A stretch of 64,000 nucleotides of DNA from Candidatus Multivoradales bacterium. GTDB lineage: Bacteria > Acidobacteriota > Thermoanaerobaculia > Multivoradales > JAHEKO01. The stretch covers positions 1,152,001-1,216,000 of the forward strand of contig CBDFIJ010000004.1 of NCBI GenBank assembly GCA_965248055.1, given 5' to 3'. Position 1 is the stretch's first letter. Each line of letters opens with the position of its first letter. Positions 60,856-64,000 of the stretch are shown piece after piece. A program made the translations under genes and the position numbers. A model generated the notes under the pieces. That model was not told the DNA's origin. It did not search any database and saw only the letters and a list, made by a program, of their open reading frames with translations.

Positions 60856-62289
60856 ATGGTATTTAGCTCCCACTTCTTCCTCTACTACTTTCTGCCACTG
60901 GCGCTGTTGGCGTACTACGCCGCACCCAAAAAGCTGCGCCACCTGACGCTCACTGCGCTTTCCTATCTGTTCTACGGCTGGGCGAACCCGGCTTTTACCG
61001 TGTTGATGTTGGCGTCGACAGTGATCGACTATTTCTGCGGTCGGGTGTTGGTTGGCAATCAAGAACAACTTGCGGTTGACGAGCCCAGGACCCGCAGGCA
61101 ACGCTTCGCAGTCACCATTTCAGTGGTCGCCAACCTGTCACTGCTGGGATTTTTCAAGTACTTCCACTTCGCGGTCGACTCCTACAACGGACTGGCAACC
61201 ACCGTCGGTTTGCCAGCGGCGGCATTGGATAGCACGCTACGTGTGGTACTGCCGCTGGGCATCAGTTTCTACACCTTCCAATCGATGAGCTACACCATCG
61301 ACCTATACCGCGGCCATGCGCGAGTGTTGCGCAATTTCATCGACTTCGCCTGTTTCGTCTCGATGTTTCCACAGTTGGTGGCGGGGCCGATTCTGCGTTT
61401 CTCCGAAGTCTCCGAACAGCTTCGAGCGCGCAGCCACACGGTCGCCAAGTTCGCCCGCGGTGCCGCAATCATCAGCCTGGGAATGGCCAAGAAGGTTTTG
61501 CTCGCCAACCCCTGCGGACGGATCGCCGACTTCGCCTTCGACGCCGGCTCGGTGGATACCTTGAGCGCTTGGTTGGGCTCGGTGGCTTACGCCTTCCAGA
61601 TCTACTTCGATTTCTCCGGTTACTCGGACATGGCGATCGGGTTGGGGTTGATGCTCGGCTTCACCTTCCCCAAGAACTTTGATTCGCCCTATCACTCTCG
61701 GTCGATCACTGAATTTTGGCGCCGTTGGCACATGTCGCTATCCACCTGGTTGCGCGACTATCTGTACATCCCACTGGGAGGCAATCGCTTCGGTCCCTGG
61801 AAGACCTACCGCAATCTGGGCCTGGTGATGCTACTCGGTGGTCTGTGGCACGGGGCCGCCTGGACCTTCGTTGCCTGGGGTGCCTTTCACGGTTTCTTCC
61901 TTGCTCTTGAACGCTCACGGGGTGGCAACCCCCTGTGGCACCGGCTGCCAGCCCGCCTGCAAACGACTGCCACCTTTGTTCTGGTGTTGTTTTCCTGGGT
62001 GCTCTTTCGCTCGGATTCGATCGGTCGCGCGATCGGTTATCTAGGTCACATGGTTGGTATCGGCGAGACCGAAGCTCAGCACGCTCTGACGCAAACTCTC
62101 ATGTTGCGGCCCTACTATTTGGTGATGCTGGTAATCGCCGGTTTGGTGGTCTGGCTGGGTCACCAGACCACCGATTGGACCCGCAAGTTAACCCCGCTAC
62201 GAGCTGCGGTCGCCGGAATGCTGTTGATCGCGGCTGCGATCACTTTGGAAACACAGGACTACAATCCCTTCATCTATTTCATTTTCTAG
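60856..62289 (+). CDS. MBOAT O-acyltransferase (AlgI/DltB-like)
   Basis: LPLGISFYTFQ, FPQLVAGPI, QIYFDFSGYSDMAIG, FWRRWHMSLS, GLWHGA. Confidence 0.96.
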   Translation: MVFSSHFFLYYFLPLALLAYYAAPKKLRHLTLTALSYLFYGWANPAFTVLMLASTVIDYFCGRVLVGNQEQLAVDEPRTRRQRFAVTISVVANLSLLGFFKYFHFAVDSYNGLATTVGLPAAALDSTLRVVLPLGISFYTFQSMSYTIDLYRGHARVLRNFIDFACFVSMFPQLVAGPILRFSEVSEQLRARSHTVAKFARGAAIISLGMAKKVLLANPCGRIADFAFDAGSVDTLSAWLGSVAYAFQIYFDFSGYSDMAIGLGLMLGFTFPKNFDSPYHSRSITEFWRRWHMSLSTWLRDYLYIPLGGNRFGPWKTYRNLGLVMLLGGLWHGAAWTFVAWGAFHGFFLALERSRGGNPLWHRLPARLQTTATFVLVLFSWVLFRSDSIGRAIGYLGHMVGIGETEAQHALTQTLMLRPYYLVMLVIAGLVVWLGHQTTDWTRKLTPLRAAVAGMLLIAAAITLETQDYNPFIYFIF

Positions 62290-62290
62290 T

Positions 62291-63646
62291 ATGAGCCAGC
62301 CAGCCAGCCCACTTACCCCGCCACTGACCCCCAATCCCGGCCATCGCGACATTGGTCAAGGTCTGGTTTCGCAGCGTGTTGCTTGGGCAGGCACTGCGCT
62401 GTTCTTGCTATGGATCGCTTCGCAATCTCTGGTCACTGCGGTAGATGGATCACTGTTGCAATCCCTACAAGCCTGGACACGCTCGGTGAACCGAGCGATC
62501 ACCACCGCCCTTATTCCTTCCAGCCCGGCCAACGGTTCCGCCAACAGTCACCCCAATCGTCAGGTCCACACCGCAGGAGAAACTCTAGAAGAAGACCTAA
62601 CCAACGCCTCTTGGCTGCGTCGCAGCGTGCGCACTTGGGGTCAGTACGCACTCACCCACTGGGCTGGGGTCGGCAACACCCATGTGTATTTGGGCGACAA
62701 GACCGAGCAAGGCCATCGTTGGCTGTTTTTCACCCCCGCCACCGACCACGTTCTCGCTCCCGACTTTCTCGATCCGGGGGCCCAACGGCGCCGGGCCAAA
62801 GCGGCCAGTGCTTGGGACGATTTGCCGCAAACCGATCCTTGGCTGGCACTGAGGGAACTCAAGAGCTTCTTGCTGCAACAAGGTGTTGACTTGGTGGTGG
62901 TCCCGGCCCCGTCCAAGGCGATGCTGGCACCCCAATACTTGATGCCATCTCCTCCAGCTGGACCATTGCTCCACCCAGAGTACGATCAATTCTTGCAAGA
63001 CCTCAACGCGATGGGAGTCACGGTGGTCGACCCAGTTGTTGTTCTCGATCAAATCGATCCTGATGTTCCTCGGTTCCTGACGCAAGACTCTCATTGGACG
63101 CCTGAGACAATGGATAGAGTGGCTCAGGCAACCGCCGATCAGGTCGGCCAACACCTTGGCGAAAGTGCCCCAACCCAGAACTATCGTCGCCGGACTTTGA
63201 GCGTTTCCCATGGCGGAGATCTGGTCGAAATCCTGGCACTGCCGCAGTCAAGATCGTTGCCCGAACAATCAGTGGCCATTCGCCCGGTGTTCGCCGGCAA
63301 CCGCCCATGGCGACCCGATCCCCAGGCTCCCGTGCTGCTGCTGGGCGACAGTTTCTCCAACATCTACTCGCAAGAGTCCTTGGGTTGGGGAACCGGTGCC
63401 GGTTTCGCCGAGCAACTCTCGTACTACCTACACCGACCCGTCGACAAGATTGTGGTCAATGCCGGCGGTGCCCATGGATCACGCGAAGCTTGGGCACGCG
63501 ACTTAGCCAGCGGAGACCGCTCGTTGGAGCATCTGGAGGTCGTGGTCTACGAGTTCGCGGCGCGCGAGTTGTCGTGGGGGGATTGGCAGATGGTTCGGTT
63601 TGCCCCTCTTGAGCAGAGCAACGACCAGCCTAGACAAGGCCCTTAG
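62291..63646 (+). CDS. AlgJ/AlgX-like SGNH O-acetyltransferase
   Basis: N-terminal TM, DSHWTP, LLGDSFS, EFAAREL; follows the MBOAT gene. Confidence 0.88.
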   Translation: MSQPASPLTPPLTPNPGHRDIGQGLVSQRVAWAGTALFLLWIASQSLVTAVDGSLLQSLQAWTRSVNRAITTALIPSSPANGSANSHPNRQVHTAGETLEEDLTNASWLRRSVRTWGQYALTHWAGVGNTHVYLGDKTEQGHRWLFFTPATDHVLAPDFLDPGAQRRRAKAASAWDDLPQTDPWLALRELKSFLLQQGVDLVVVPAPSKAMLAPQYLMPSPPAGPLLHPEYDQFLQDLNAMGVTVVDPVVVLDQIDPDVPRFLTQDSHWTPETMDRVAQATADQVGQHLGESAPTQNYRRRTLSVSHGGDLVEILALPQSRSLPEQSVAIRPVFAGNRPWRPDPQAPVLLLGDSFSNIYSQESLGWGTGAGFAEQLSYYLHRPVDKIVVNAGGAHGSREAWARDLASGDRSLEHLEVVVYEFAARELSWGDWQMVRFAPLEQSNDQPRQGP

Positions 63647-63662
63647 CAAGGCCAAGTTGCCA

Positions 63663-63791
63663 AGATCCTCACCCCACTCCCTCCCACCCGCCGGGATGAT
63701 GGATTGGAATGGCCTACCCGAGGAGCCACGAGGTTGGAATGACCTATCCACGCTGTCTTCCCGGCGGGGTAGGGGCGGGGGGCCGGGATCT
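63663..63791. repeat. REP-like cluster D
   Basis: AGATCC..CCGGGATGA unit and inverted GTCTTCCCGG..CCGGGATCT unit between convergent genes. Confidence 0.75.
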
Positions 63792-63798
63792 ATCAGTT

Positions 63799-63999
63799 CT
63801 ATTCAGGCGAGCTGGCTGGTAACGCCCTTGCCCAAGTGCGCGACCATTCCTGAAGCTCAGCTTTCAACCGCTTATTCTTGTTGGTGATCGGCTCCATCGA
63901 GATCACACCGCCGTCTTTGGCTGCAGCGCGCAGGATCTTTTTAGTTGCCAGTTTGCCCGCTGCGGTGCGTACTAACTTTGCCGCCCGGTAGAACTCGGC
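63799..63999 (-). CDS. C-terminal fragment of an unidentified CDS running in from the window edge
   Basis: Open frame AEFYRAAKLV...WARALPASSPE* with TAG at 63799-63801. Confidence 0.5.
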   Translation of the reverse strand, partial: AEFYRAAKLVRTAAGKLATKKILRAAAKDGGVISMEPITNKNKRLKAELQEWSRTWARALPASSPE

Positions 64000-64000
64000 C

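Overview
GC-rich bacterial chromosome segment of about 48 CDS. The gene content (acidobacterial-type VWA proteins, FG-GAP/ASPIC-UnbV protein, BlaI/M56 pair, TonB receptor) suggests Acidobacteriota, by inference only. Housekeeping genes (uvrA, smpB, selB, ogt, bcp, polA, ligA) alternate with signalling and envelope genes, small accessory islets and four clusters of REP-like repeats. The most notable locus is 46.9-50.5 kb. There a probably leaderless membrane leader peptide ends in an RPPP arrest-type motif, and its codons are immediately followed by a perfect 10-nt anti-Shine-Dalgarno for the next gene. That gene encodes a multi-TM inner-membrane domain fused through an internal signal peptide to a heme-receptor-like TonB-dependent barrel. 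Other points of note: a sigma54 activator with a GVATGV loop upstream of a sigma54 promoter and a sigma-factor-less partner-switching operon; a wHTH-nucleotidyltransferase pair with a triple operator; a two-gene insert flanked by synonymously diverged copies of a gene's 5' end; REPs with G-quadruplex-capable loops; and three broken accessory genes. All calls come from reading motifs by eye; no database search was run.
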